This document shows positions 26,101 through 38,713 of a stretch of DNA of 62,572 nt, piece after piece (within the stretch, counting starts at the first letter, position 1; every line of letters starts with the position of its first letter). Below the pieces are notes generated by a model. The model had not been told where the DNA came from, did not search any database, and saw only the letters and a list, made by a program, of their open reading frames with translations. The translations under genes were made by a program, and so were the position numbers. This stretch comes from Selaginella moellendorffii (lineage: Eukaryota; Plantae; Lycopodiophyta), in assembly GCF_000143415.4 (NCBI RefSeq), contig NW_003314459.1, positions 9,348 to 71,919 of the forward strand. Direction: 5' to 3'.

Positions 26101-29100
26101 ACCATGCGTTTCTCTACAGGGACACGGTGCTGTACAAATCCAATTACTATCAGCATCACATGTCTGAGGACAAATTAAGTGAAGTGGTGCCAGATTCAAT
26201 TGTATTTGTGTTGTAATACTACATTATATATAAGGTGTCTCCTACCCTTGACTGGCTACAAAAAATAGCAAATGTCTTTCCCTCTTTGCTCTAAGTGAGC
26301 ACTCTGACCAACACACATAACAGTAACATATGTGTCGAGAAGGCCAAGTACAAGCCCACTGCTCAGTTCAAGCTCAAAGTCACCTTGTTTCTCTACATTT
26401 ATATCAACAGCTCCTCTACATAATCAGGCTGTGTACTCCACATGAACCATGGAGCCTATAGTTGGCCTGTCGCAAGATGTCTCTTCTCCTCCGGTATTCC
26501 TGTTGAAGCACTAAGCAACAAGTAAGCAATACAAACCTTACACCATATCACTCACGGTCACTTTCGCAAAAGCTTACTTAAATTCCACGCTTGCGCAGAG
26601 TCAGAATCATGTAAATATGAGCGCACACTCGCAGTTATGCTCGCTGTCCCAGTACAGAATTTTCCTCCTCTTTAGTGCTACTGATATCAGCACATGGAAC
26701 TGCACACTCACTAAAGAGAATCCATTCACTGCGAAGAGGAACCCACCAAAAAAAATCCCTCCCGTGCTGTTTAGAACTCTCATAGCAGGCGGAAGATAGG
26801 GCTTCACGCATTCTTCCAGGGCTTGAGCATGGAGTTGGGGCGGTAGCATTCTCTGTGGTAGTGCCATTGCTAGGGATTTCAATATAACATGTTCTTGGGG
26901 CCTAGATCGAGAAGCTTTATGGAACCACTCCACTGGAATCATCTCCAGATGGTGGGGNNNNNNNNNNNNNNNNNNNNNNNNNNNNNNNNNNNNNNNNNNN
27001 NNNNNNNNNNNNNNNNNNNNNNNNNNNNNNNNNNNNNNNNNNNNNNNNNNNNNNNNNGAGAACACAAGGACAACAACAACATTGGCTTTGAATAATCAGC
27101 CTCTGGGGAAAGTCCTACAAACAGTTCCATACGGTTCTCAACTATTTGCGGCGTATGGATCACAGATGTGGTGACTCTTGTACTCAGTGTGCTGCCTAAC
27201 TCTTCACTTATTTCCTCTGGGGATGATCAGAAAGTAATAACTTGAACAAAGTTTTCTCTGTTTCTAAATTTCCAGGCACTTCCACTCTTGTATGATCCTG
27301 ATGATAATGAGAATGTGGATAATGTGGACTTATCACACGAGCACGTACTGTGGCAGACTTTCTCAAGAGAACTAAACTAATACAAGATGCAGATAGGTTC
27401 ATCAAGAGAATGTCATTCACTTCTTAGTGACTGCTTAGTGCCTGTAAAGTTCACGAGGACTTGGAGAGATGATCAAAAGGTGGCGATGGATATGCTTAAG
27501 TGTGTGAAATGTGAGCATATGAGTTCTGTGCTTTGTAGGAGCTTCATTATTGCTGAGACTTGAATTCAAACTATCTCTTTATTTTCTATCTAAGTCACGT
27601 GTATATACACTGTTAGCACAACTATTATATAGAAACTGAATAAGAGTTTTGATGGATGGCTCAAAAGAAGTTAGGTTGATTCAAACAATACCTCTCCAAA
27701 TTTTTGAAGAGATGGAGAATGAAAACTCCACAATGGTGAGATGTGATGGTAAGAATTAAGGACTAATGCTTAACATAAACATGAAGTTTACCTATGTATG
27801 TATTAAGTTTCTAAGCATAAAAAGTGGCAAGAGGAAGATGGATAAAGACAACACAACCAACCATGAAACAAACCGTCAAGTAGGCAAAAATCAAAAGTAA
27901 AAGCAAAATAAGTGTTAGATAAAATGCAAAACATCATGGATGAATTGACAAAAACTTGTTACGTGAAATGCTGATGAAGCACAAGCAAATGTTCTCGAAA
28001 AATCACAAATCATATCGCTGATTTTATTATTTCAATACTTATTTACCATACTTATTTCTGCTGCTTAAGCAGTATCTAAAATATATAACTGTGAATAAAC
28101 CAATATGATAATAAACTTGTCCATGTATTTTAAAATAATAAGGGCCACCTACTGCAATCTCTTCAATGTTTGCACCTATTGATGCAAATACTAATGCACT
28201 ATTATAATTTCGTATTAATACACATATAACTTTTTTGACTGCAGATATTATATTAGAGAATAAATTTAAGTACTTATAAAAATGTATAAATGCAAAGTAT
28301 GAAAGTGTGGATGTACTTCAACATCATAAATTATACAATCTGCTATTCTTTTCATGAGTAACCTTTTTTACTTGAACTCTGAAACAAAACAGTGAATCTA
28401 ACTGAAAGAAACACAAGGTTGTTTCTTGTATTTTTTTCTCTCAATGCATTATCATGTTCTTCTCCTTTGCATTTTTTTTCAATGGAAAGCAGACATTGTG
28501 ATGACAAATATCTTTGGAAAATTGTTTCCAATGCGGAAGCTCTACATGCGGGACTGGCCATTTGAACACTTCATTGATATATGGGCTAAGATAAATTTTC
28601 TTTATCTAGCCAGGCATTAGGGTAATTCAGGGCAGGGTAGTGAGCTGATTAGCTTTTTTGAAGCTTGATAGTGATGAGGATCTGATAGAGATTCAAGATG
28701 TAATGCTGCCACAATGTGCCAACTTGTCATGGAGAAAAAAAGTGATGTATGCTCATATCCAAGTTATTAGGGTGACACCATCCAGCCAGCACTATTGCAA
28801 GCTAGCATTGGACAATAAGAGTGAGTCACATCTATTTCTTGTTGATCCTGTAGATAGAATAGGAAATTTATTTGTATTCCACACTTTGACAATGCATGCA
28901 TGGGCTTCTGGTTACACAAATTATACTATAAATTATAAGTTAAGATATTAATAACTTGTTCTATAATATTTTAATATCATAAAAATCATGATACTAATTT
29001 TTTATATATAAATTATAATATAGCATGTTATAATATAATAATAATTTATATATTAAGCATATATATAATTGTAAACATATAATAAACATATATTATGTAA

Positions 29101-29184
29101 AAGGAACTTTCATTATAAATATTATATTTATAATGAGTGTACCTAAGTAACACATACTTTATTAAGAGGAGAAATTATATAGTT
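22900..29184 (+). mobile_element. Helitron-like unit B3 (3' terminus falls in gap 29185-29284)
   Basis: Starts TCATCATACTCATATATTTAAACG. Collinear with B1 apart from a ~340 bp deletion at ~23640. Runs into the shared AT-rich 3' module just before the gap. Confidence 0.8.
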
Positions 29185-29284
29185 NNNNNNNNNNNNNNNN
29201 NNNNNNNNNNNNNNNNNNNNNNNNNNNNNNNNNNNNNNNNNNNNNNNNNNNNNNNNNNNNNNNNNNNNNNNNNNNNNNNNNNNN

Positions 29285-29438
29285 GCATATGCCAAAATCT
29301 AACGGCTGAGATTAAACAATGAAGAGCCCTGACTTTTGGGATCATAAAAAATTTCAATTCTCTTATAGGGCGCGTGAGCATGAGGAGAGAGCGTCAATCA
29401 CCGCTTGCGAGAAGGCACTCTCTCTCTCTCTCTCTATG

Positions 29439-29473
<35 letters not shown>

Positions 29474-30640
29474 TTGTTTCTCTGTTTGGAAAGGTTTGAG
29501 AGGCTCACGGCTTTCTCTGTGTCACCATAGTTGTGCTCGATGATCAGCGAGAACAGGCTCGACGCCTTCCAGACTTACGCGGGGAACAAATCCGCCAGCA
29601 TCCGCCTGCGCAGGTGCATTTGGTAGATCGACGTCGGAAATGTGATGAGGATTGGGAGTGAAAGGCGAAGAGGCTCTGATGGAGCGCACGACAGGGACGA
29701 CGTCTCAGACAACGAGGGGATTCACGTTGTCATCGACGACTAGAATCAAGGTTCTTCACTCTCTTGCTCGTCGCTATTCTTTTTTCGAGTCTCTGTTTGT
29801 TCCAGGTTCTCGAGGCTGGAACCACGACTAGAATCAAGGTTTTTCACTTTCTTGCTCTTCGCTATTCAACCGAAAATATGGTTTTGATCATGTTTTGGTG
29901 GGATCGTGCAGGGACGTACACCTGGAGCAAGCCTGTGATGAAAAGAACGCACCCTTCTCCTCGGGACAGCCACAGCTCCACGGCCGTCGGGTCTAAGCTC
30001 TATGTGTTTGGTGGTACTGATGGAACCAGCCCGCTAGACGATCTCTTTGTTTTGGATACTGGTAAGCGAGTTCTATCGATTTTTTTTTTCTGTTTCTTAT
30101 CTTCCGATGCAGCTACCAACACCTGGGGGAAACCTGACGTTTTTGGTGATTATAATAAACATATATTATGTAAAAGGAACTTTCATTATAAATATTATAT
30201 TTATAATGAGTGTACCTAAGTAACACATACTTTATTAAGAGGAGAAATTATATAGTTTAATAAATCATCAAATAATAAGATTTTTATCAATTATATAGAG
30301 ATTTCAAATAAAAGAAAAAATTAGTTAATAAAAAATGACTCATCTGGCCATGGGATCCCACAGTGAGAAATTCCATTTATAGAATATCCAAGACTTCAGT
30401 CAACAATCAGAATTTTAAATATAATATAATGTACTGAGTTATATTTATTATGTTATAATGTTTGTTGGTGATGGAGTCAATTGTTGAAGATATTTTTAAT
30501 GTAAATATTATGTTATGTTTAACTATATATCTTATAATTATGATTATGTTAAAATTTACAATTACGCTTACAACTCTTTGAAATTATTAAAATATCAGAA
30601 ATAAACACAATGCTCCCAGCGTAGCTGGGACTTTTGCTAG
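29285..30640 (+). mobile_element. Short Helitron-like unit C1 (internally deleted relative of C2)
   Basis: The shared 5' module resumes after the gap. A kelch exon joins abruptly to the 3' module at ~30150. Hairpin at 30614-30630, CTAG at 30637-30640. Confidence 0.8.
29911..30150 (+). pseudogene. Kelch-repeat gene fragment
   Basis: TYTWSKPVMKRTHPSPRDSHSSTAVGSKLYVFGGTDGTSPLDDLFVLDT, then an intron and TNTWGKPDVFGD; truncated. Confidence 0.85.
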
Positions 30641-30836
30641 TCATCATCATCATACTCATAAAGAGCCAGTATAATAATAGCATATACTGGCGACACTTAT
30701 TCTGGGCATATGCCAAAATCTAACGGCTGAGATTAAACAATGAAGAGCCCTGACTTTTGGGATCATAAAAAATTTCAATTCTCTTTTAGGGCGCGTGAGC
30801 ATGAGGAGAGAGCGTCAATCACCGCTTGCGGGAAGG

Positions 30837-30872
<36 letters not shown>

Positions 30873-31308
30873 GTTTCTCTGTTTGGAAAGGTTTGAGAGG
30901 CTCACGGCTTTCTCTGTGTCACCATAGTTGTGCTCGATGATCAGCGAGAACAGGCTCGACGCCTTCCAGACTTACGCGGGGAACAAATCCGCCAGCATCC
31001 GCCTGCGCAGGTGCATTTGGTAGATCGACGTCGGAAATGTGATGAGGATTGGGAGTGAAAGGCGAAGAGGCTCTGATGGAGCGCACGACAGGGACGACGT
31101 CTCAGACAACGAGGGGATTCACGTTGTCATCGACGACTAGAATCAAGGTTCTTCACTCTCTTGCTCGTCGCTATTCTTTTTTCGAGTCTCTGTTTGTTCC
31201 AGGTTCTCGAGGCTGGAACCACGACTAGAATCAAGGTTTTTCACTTTCTTGCTCTTCGCTATTCAACCGAAAATATGGTTTTGATCATGTTTTGGTGGGA
31301 TCGTGCAG

Positions 31309-32431
31309 GGACGTACACCTGGAGCAAGCCTGTGATGAAAAGAACGCACCCTTCTCCTCGGGACAGCCACAGCTCCACGGCCGTCGGGTCTAAGCTCTAT
31401 GTGTTTGGTGGTACTGATGGAACCAGCCCGCTAGACGATCTCTTTGTTTTGGATACTGGTAAGCGAGTTCTATCGATTTTTTTTTTCTTGTTCTTATCTT
31501 CCGATGCAGCTACCAACACCTGGGGGAAACCTGACGTTTTTGGTGATGTTCCTGCTCCGAGAGAAGGACATAGCGCATCTCTCATCGGTGACAACCTGTT
31601 CGTGTTTGGGGGATGTGGGAAATCCAGCGATCCCTCAGAGGAGGAGTACTACAACGACCTCCATGGTTTGAACACGAGTAATATCCTGTTATCTTTCCTG
31701 GTTTTCTTCTAAACTCTTTTTTTTCCTGTAGATACTTTTGTCTGGAAGAAGATTTCTACCACTGGAGTCTTGCCTATTCCTTGGGATATCCATACCTACT
31801 CTTCCTATAAGAACTGTTGCATTGTCATGGGTGGTGAGAACGGTGGTAATGCCTATCTATATGACATTCATATTCTGGACACAGGTACATACATTGTGCT
31901 GGTTTTAAACTTGCGAATTCATTTGTGTTTCCAGAAACAATGGCATGGCAGGAGGTAAAGACGACTGGTGCCGAGCTGATGCCAAGAGCTGGTGAACGCA
32001 GAGCGAGGCATATTATTCTTCTATGGGGGATGTAACGAAGAGCTTGAAGCTCTGGATGACATGTATTTCGTCGACACAGGTTGGCTTCTTCTTTTATTGA
32101 CATTGCTGCTGACAATATGGTTGCCGTTTTTCTGTGAAAAGATGATGAGGGAGAAAGATCCATCAGAACCAAAGCTACCCATGCGTAAGGAACTTAAGAG
32201 ATCGTGCCACGCCATTCGTGCTAGACAAGCAACGGGATGCGGACAAGAGCTTGGTTTCATCTCACGGAGGTATCTGCAGAAAACCTTGGACCTCTCCAAA
32301 TTTTCTCTGTCAAACTCATGCTACAGAGTTTCAAGCTCACATTCAGCCACTAGGCAAGAAAATGTTCGAGGCTAGAGTAAGCGACGTATTCAACTACGGA
32401 TACACGTAGAAGCCTCCATCGATGGGAAGCT
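31309..32431 (+). pseudogene. Kelch-repeat (galactose oxidase/kelch superfamily) gene fragment, several exons with introns
   Basis: PRDSHSSTAVGSKLYVFGG, PAPREGHSASLIGDNLFVFGGCGK, CIVMGGENGGNAYLYDIHILDT, FYGGCNEELEALDDMYFVDT and C-terminal KKMFEARVSDVFNYGYT. Internal deletion at ~31993. Confidence 0.85.
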
Positions 32432-32839
32432 NNNNNNNNNNNNNNNNNNNNNNNNNNNNNNNNNNNNNNNNNNNNNNNNNNNNNNNNNNNNNNNNNNNNN
32501 NNNNNNNNNNNNNNNNNNNNNNNNNNNNNNNNNNNNNNNNNNNNNNNNNNNNNNNNNNNNNNNNNNNNNNNNNNNNNNNNNNNNNNNNNNNNNNNNNNNN
32601 NNNNNNNNNNNNNNNNNNNNNNNNNNNNNNNNNNNNNNNNNNNNNNNNNNNNNNNNNNNNNNNNNNNNNNNNNNNNNNNNNNNNNNNNNNNNNNNNNNNN
32701 NNNNNNNNNNNNNNNNNNNNNNNNNNNNNNNNNNNNNNNNNNNNNNNNNNNNNNNNNNNNNNNNNNNNNNNNNNNNNNNNNNNNNNNNNNNNNNNNNNNN
32801 NNNNNNNNNNNNNNNNNNTCCTTCCTAATCGACTCTCTT

Positions 32840-33310
32840 TTGCAGAGTGGGTGCTAATACATGGTCCCTACTTTACACTTCTATAACGCAAAAGCTACAG
32901 GCTTGCCACAAAGAGGGGTATAAACTGGTGAAGTGCAATGATTTCCCTCCTCGGAAACGGTAGTGTGGTTGCTCTAGGATCTGACTGGCCTGTAAGCCTG
33001 TCAAATACTTTTTCTTCGGCGTTACATGAATGGTTTGTCTCAAGGTGGTAGCAGTGAATCCACTTGGAGGAATCCACACAGCCGTGGAGAGAACACTTCA
33101 GGCTGGAGTCATCCCAAGGAAAGGATTTCTGCATGGGACGTAGTGGCAGGGTAAGAGATAACAGATGAGAAACTGAAATGCAGTTTTTGTTTTTGGATTC
33201 ACAGGTACACATCCTCGGCTGTGTATGCAGCTGCATTAGAGGATTTGGTTGGGTCGCTGACGCCAGGAAAGTTTGCTAACTTTGTGGTATTGTCCGAGTC
33301 TCCTTTTGGA
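32840..33310 (+). pseudogene. Amidohydrolase-family (plant LAF3-like) C-terminal exons
   Basis: ALGSDWP followed by a GT donor, VNPLGGIHTAV, and YTSSAVYAAALEDLVGSLTPGKFANFVVLSESPF, typical amidohydrolase-3 C-terminal motifs; frameshifted. Confidence 0.75.
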
Positions 33311-35512
33311 CAGGGCACGGGCATTTTTCCTCCAGTGGTTGTGTTCGTTGGTGGAAATTTTGCCTTCCCTTCTTAAGGCGTTATTCCATAATTATTTGGT
33401 CTTTTAAATATAGCATATTTGCGAAAAGATTGGTGATCATTGTCCTAAGATTGCGAGGACACCAAACATTTTCAAAGAAAAGCAACAAAGGCATCGGAAT
33501 CTCACTTTGTTAATGAAATAGATAAGGTATTTGGTGTAAATTTGTGAGAAACATAAATTAAATTTAAGCTAACTCAAAATCTGATGATTTCCAGAATGTA
33601 AAATCACAAATAGCAGAGTTTCTATTTAGAAAAAAAACAGACACTGAGATCACCTCCACACTGAAAGATGCTCAGCCAATACATAACTTCCCTAAACTAG
33701 CTACATTGAGGGAACTATCACTGAAGTACGTATGAATTGTATCTATTTCTGACTTTAAATTTCCATTTCAGAGCGGAGGCACATCTAAAAATGGCAGTTG
33801 CTGAAAACCCAAAAGAATGTACTTGATCTTCCTCTAATCCCTCTCAGATGATTTTGTATATTTTGAGCTGTATTTGTTATTATTACAGATTCAACAGCTG
33901 AACGGAATGATAAGTCTTATCAAGCGGTGGGCTATTCAATGAGCATGACAAATATTAAAATAAGATTGAGAAAAAGGAAAAACATCGTGTCTTACAGATA
34001 TTAAAAAATAGATTGAGAAAAAAGTTTTAATCTATACTATGGTCCTCTCATCATTAATTAGAATGATGGTATAAAACAAATTTCAAATTGCCAGAAAATA
34101 AACTAAATAAATCCAAATAATACAGCTCATCCAGCCGAACCAGATAGCAGCCCCCATGGAAGAGGAAGTCCATGTACGTATGGATGAGCTCCACCTGTGT
34201 AACAGACCACACAACATAGTTCCTCTCCTCGGGTGAGTGTGAAGGGTTTGGATTTGGCACACCAGCTTCTGCTTTAAAGGCAAAACCCAGCAGCAAACTT
34301 TGTTGAAAGGGAACCAATTTCTTAGCTTTGAAAAAGTAGCACTGGCTTTTGCATCGTAATTTTTAAATATTACAGCTCTTCAACGATGGTTTGCAATAGT
34401 TCCCATTACTCTACTTGGTAGATAGAAATATTGCTCTGCTGAATTACAATCATTTGGAACCTGCATAAAAAAAAGGCTTACACTTGACTTTTGTGTTTCT
34501 GGATTACACAACATCAACTTCTAGCATACAAGACACGGAAACAAGCATTCTTTGTGCAGAAAAATCATCCAGCACAAGACGATTATCACAGTCATACACT
34601 AGCAACCATGAGGAAACCAGGAGGAAGAGCGATACAGTATGGAAGAAAATGCGAGATAACTGACACAGTTCAATCAGTGTACATGGATGAGAGCGGAAGA
34701 GGTGCAGCAGTACAAGGACTACCGTCCACAACAAGCCATACAGATAGCAACAGCAATTTTGTATGATTGTTTATGTCTGGTGCTGCTACAGGTCGAGCAT
34801 TTGACACGGGGTACCAGGGTGGTGGAGTAGACATTCTTTATGATGCCCGACTGAATTTTCACGTACCATTTGTCTCTTCCAGCTTAACGGCTGGGGTAGG
34901 ACGAGGGTGGTTCGAGAGTTACATCGGAATCAGGTGTGGATCTTTTACTTGTCGCTGGGTTCTAACACCTGTTATCTTCAGCCTTTAGATTTTTGAAAAG
35001 ATTTCCTTAACCGTGCAAGACAGCCACCGGGAAATGGAGATTACGCAGGCCAACTCACATGCATGCCCTACTGTCTGGCTTATTGGATCGCATGCTTTGA
35101 GCAGCTGGTTGGAGCTGGTTGGATTCGTCTGATTTTCAGACGAAGAATCAGATGAAAAAAAAGAAAAGGAAAGTGTTTTTCCTGGGAGTTGTTTCCCTTC
35201 GCACACGCTTGCCCTATAAAAGCTTAAGAATGCATCAAGTTTCTACACTACAAATAAACGAAGATCAAACTGTTTCGCTTGTGGATCAAAATGGTGTTCA
35301 GTAGTTGCGTTCATAACCAGCAAGTGTAGATGGAATTCGAGTGTTGGAAGATGCATCAGACACAATTTTGTGCTTATCTGGACGCAATCCGTTTCCGTGG
35401 GCGTTGTAATCCTCTTTGGTCCTTAAAACCTTGGTAACAAAAGGGAAAGACCTAGAAAAACGCCTGTGACTAGACATGGATCATACTGTGTAGGTTCTCT
35501 GTGATTTCAGTC

Positions 35513-37403
35513 ATGGAACTCCATCATCAGCNNNNNNNNNNNNNNNNNNNNNNNNNNNNNNNNNNNNNNNNNNNNNNNNNNNNNNNNNNNNNNNNNNNNN
35601 NNNNNNNNNNNNNNNNNNNNNNNNNNNNNNNGAGACTCGTGTTGCGTGTGACAAATAAGATTCAAAGCCTGGTCCTCTGACCAAGAAGTTCTCGGTCACG
35701 GATGACAGAGAAATACTCGAGGCAATTGCATCACACCAAGTTTCAAGTTTAATAGATTCATGTGGTGCCCGTCTGAATTCGTTTGTAAAATTCCTGGACT
35801 ACGCGTTCCTTGAGACAAATGGGAAACAGTAAGTGTATTTTCCTTTTGACAGAGCATTTTAAACTCCAAAATATTCTGTAGGTCATTGATTGTTTCGGAT
35901 GCATGCTTCCTGGATGGTGGAGTATGGAAGCGCACACACTCAAACCCTATCCTTCAAGATATGAAAGTGGTAAGTCCTTTCTTTGGTTTTAATTCTAAAA
36001 TAACTGCTACAATTGAACTTGCCAGGGTCAAAAACGAGCCCAGGAGTCCATGGAAAAGGTATTTCACGTCTAAACCAGTTTATTCAATTTGTTCCCTTTG
36101 ATACAGGGAGAGAGCTCAAAAAAGGCCGTCATAAAAGAGGTGTTCATCAAAGAAATCAGTGACCGTTCTTACAGGTGGTCCTTCCGTGCAAGAGTCACAC
36201 ACAAGAACAAGTTGATACATTTCAACACGAAAAGATCTGGATGCATAATGTCATTTGACGTTGTCGATGTCCAGGGAACAGAGATTAGAATTATTGGCTC
36301 CGACGATTGTGCCTTGGTTTTGTCAGATAAGATTGTACAGGGTACAGTGTATTCATTTTCTGGTAGTGGTGGAATACGACGTTCCAATCAGGCATACACA
36401 CCATTTGAAGCGACATGGGAGATTCAGGCTAACAAAGGTATGGAGTTTACAGCTTTGGATGAGGATGCAACGTTCCCAAGAATTGTCTTGGCAAAAACAA
36501 GCATATTAAGTGCGTGTCAGAAGGAAAGGGACTCTTTTGTCGATGTGGTTGGTATCGTAATATGGATTGGTACAATTACAGTAACATCTCGTGACAGTGG
36601 AACTTTTGTGAAGAAGAGAACATTGTGTCTAGGTGATGATTCAGGCCACAGTGTTGATCTATGTCTCTGGGATTTAAAAGCAGAAGAAGAGGGCTCATAT
36701 ATACAGGAGCGGATAGACAGTGGAGTTCAGCCAATAATATGTGTCAAGGGTGGAAAAGTATCGGACTACAATGGTAAATCACTTTCAGCAATTGGTGTGA
36801 GCACCATTCTTATTGAACCGGAAATGGAAGCAGTGGCTGATTTGAGAGAATGGATGACATTGTACTACAATGTCACTAACTTCATACATTTGAGCACTTC
36901 ATCATCCAGACAGACTGTTAGCTGCACCACTACTTTATCAGAGATATCAAACATGCAGTTAAAGGTGTTAGAGAGTTCCCCTATCTATAGAGTGATAGCT
37001 ACTGTGAAGGAAATGAAGACAGATGAGTTTTTACTATAATGCATGCATCAATGTCGTGAATGCACGGCAATGTGGCAAAAAAACTACCCGAACAGCAGAT
37101 GGTTGGTTCTGCAATTATTGCAATTTTGAGTCTGCCAACATGGAGTTCAAGTATGCTCTAAAGATGTGCATCGAGGATAGTAGCAGTCATGTGTGGGCCA
37201 TTGCATTTCAAGAGGCTACACAGGAAATAGTGGGAATGTCAGCAAAGGAACTAGCTACAATGTGAGATGAGAACTACCCTGCATTTTCACTACTTATCGA
37301 TGGTATCCGCTCAAAGATTTACAAATTCAAAATCCGGAGCAAGCTTGAAAAATACCAAGACATGGAGAAGCTAAGGTTCTATATACTTGGACTTGACACC
37401 TAA
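35513..37403 (+). pseudogene. RPA1: Replication protein A 70 kDa subunit-like pseudogene (Helitron-type RPA)
   Basis: ORF 36089-37039 has OB-fold motifs (WSFRARVTHK, VDVVGIV, VDLCLW, VKGGKVSDYNGKSLS). After a frameshift at ~37030 come a C4 zinc finger (C..CGKK..WFCNYC) and KYALKMCIEDSSSHVW. Premature TGA at 37263, end TAA at 37401-37403. An upstream exon (35641-35828) resembles the RPA70 N-terminal OB fold and contains a stop. Confidence 0.88.
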
Positions 37404-38630
37404 GGTATGCAGATTCCATTCTAATCTTTTACACGTTGATATATTTATCTGTGTTTTGTTTTGTAGTTACATGGAACTTGCAAAAACAAATAAAATAAAA
37501 CACACCTCCTAGCAAACATCAGCTCTGTTTGATGGTTATCTGTAGCAAGAAAGGAATGTCAAGATACAAAAACTAAAAAAGGGAAAGAACAACACATGAT
37601 TCTCAAGTGGACAATAAATGACAAATGCATCAACTGTATCAGAATTTAGCATGTTATAATGAACAAACACATAGACCACCAGAAAATACAGTCATTTATA
37701 CTTCAATACACATCGCTTGCTTGCAAATGCAAAACCAGCCATTCTATACCAAAAAACCCTTTACCATACCATCCCATTAACTACTCTTACCTCTAGAATG
37801 CCCAAATAATATACCAAATTGAGGAATATGATTGAGCCACCTCTTCATGTGTTGAATAATTCTTTTAAGCTTTGAGTCCCAGCTTGTATTATTCTATTCC
37901 AGTTAAACATTTAAGAAATAGTGTTTGGTTGCAATCACTTNNNNNNNNNNNNNNNNNNNNNNNNNNNNNNNNNNNNNNNNNNNNNNNNNNNNNNNNNNNN
38001 NNNNNNNNNNNNNNNNNNNNNNNNNNNNNNNNNNNNNNNNNNNNNNNNNNNNNNNNNNNNNNNNNNNNNNNNNNNNNNNNNNNNNNNNNNNNNNNNNNNN
38101 NNNNNNNNNNNNNNNNNNNNNNNNNNNNNNNNNNNNNNNNNNNNNNNNNNNNNNNNNNNNNNNNNNNNNNNNNNNNNNNNNNNNNNNNNNNNNNNNNNNN
38201 NNTGACGAAACCGTTGTCAATGGCCACGTGCCGGAAAATGACAATCTTTTTTTGAGTCTCTCAAGTCCCTGTTTGTTCCAGGTTCTCAAGGCTGGAACCA
38301 CGACTAGAATCAAGGTTTTTCACTCTCTTGCTCTTTGCAATTCTCTTTCGAGGCTTAAAGTTCCTGTTTGTTCCAGGTGCTCGAGGCTGGAACCAAGAGA
38401 AAAAAAAAAAAAATTTCGCCCACGGTTCACTTCAGTGGCTACGGCCGGGACGAGTGCCAGACCAATGATGTTGCCAGACCAACGATGTGCACATATTCGA
38501 CTTTGGTATAAATTTCCTCTTCTTCCTCCACAGCCGTCGAAAGTATCTCGCTTGTAGGTAGATTTGTTTCCTGTTGGTCTCTCATGTGGCTTTTTCGTAT
38601 TTTGTAGCGACTGGTGTTTGGGCGACTTCA

Positions 38631-38713
38631 AATCCCTCTGGTTCCAGGCCTTCTCTTCGAATCCCTCTGGTTCCAGGCCTTCTCTTCGAATCCCTCTGGT
38701 TCCAGGCCTTCTC
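38631..38713 (+). repeat. 29-bp tandem repeat x~3 (AATCCCTCTGGTTCCAGGCCTTCTCTTCG), also in D2 and D3
   Basis: Units start at 38631, 38660 and 38689. Confidence 0.9.

Larger units (their letters stand above)
30641..37940 (+). mobile_element. Helitron-like unit C2 (kelch + amidohydrolase + RPA70-like cargo; 3' terminus probably in gap 37941-38202)
   Basis: Starts (TCA)4-TACTCATA. 37793-37939 matches 10589-10737, the subterminal sequence of the A1 3' end. Confidence 0.75.
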
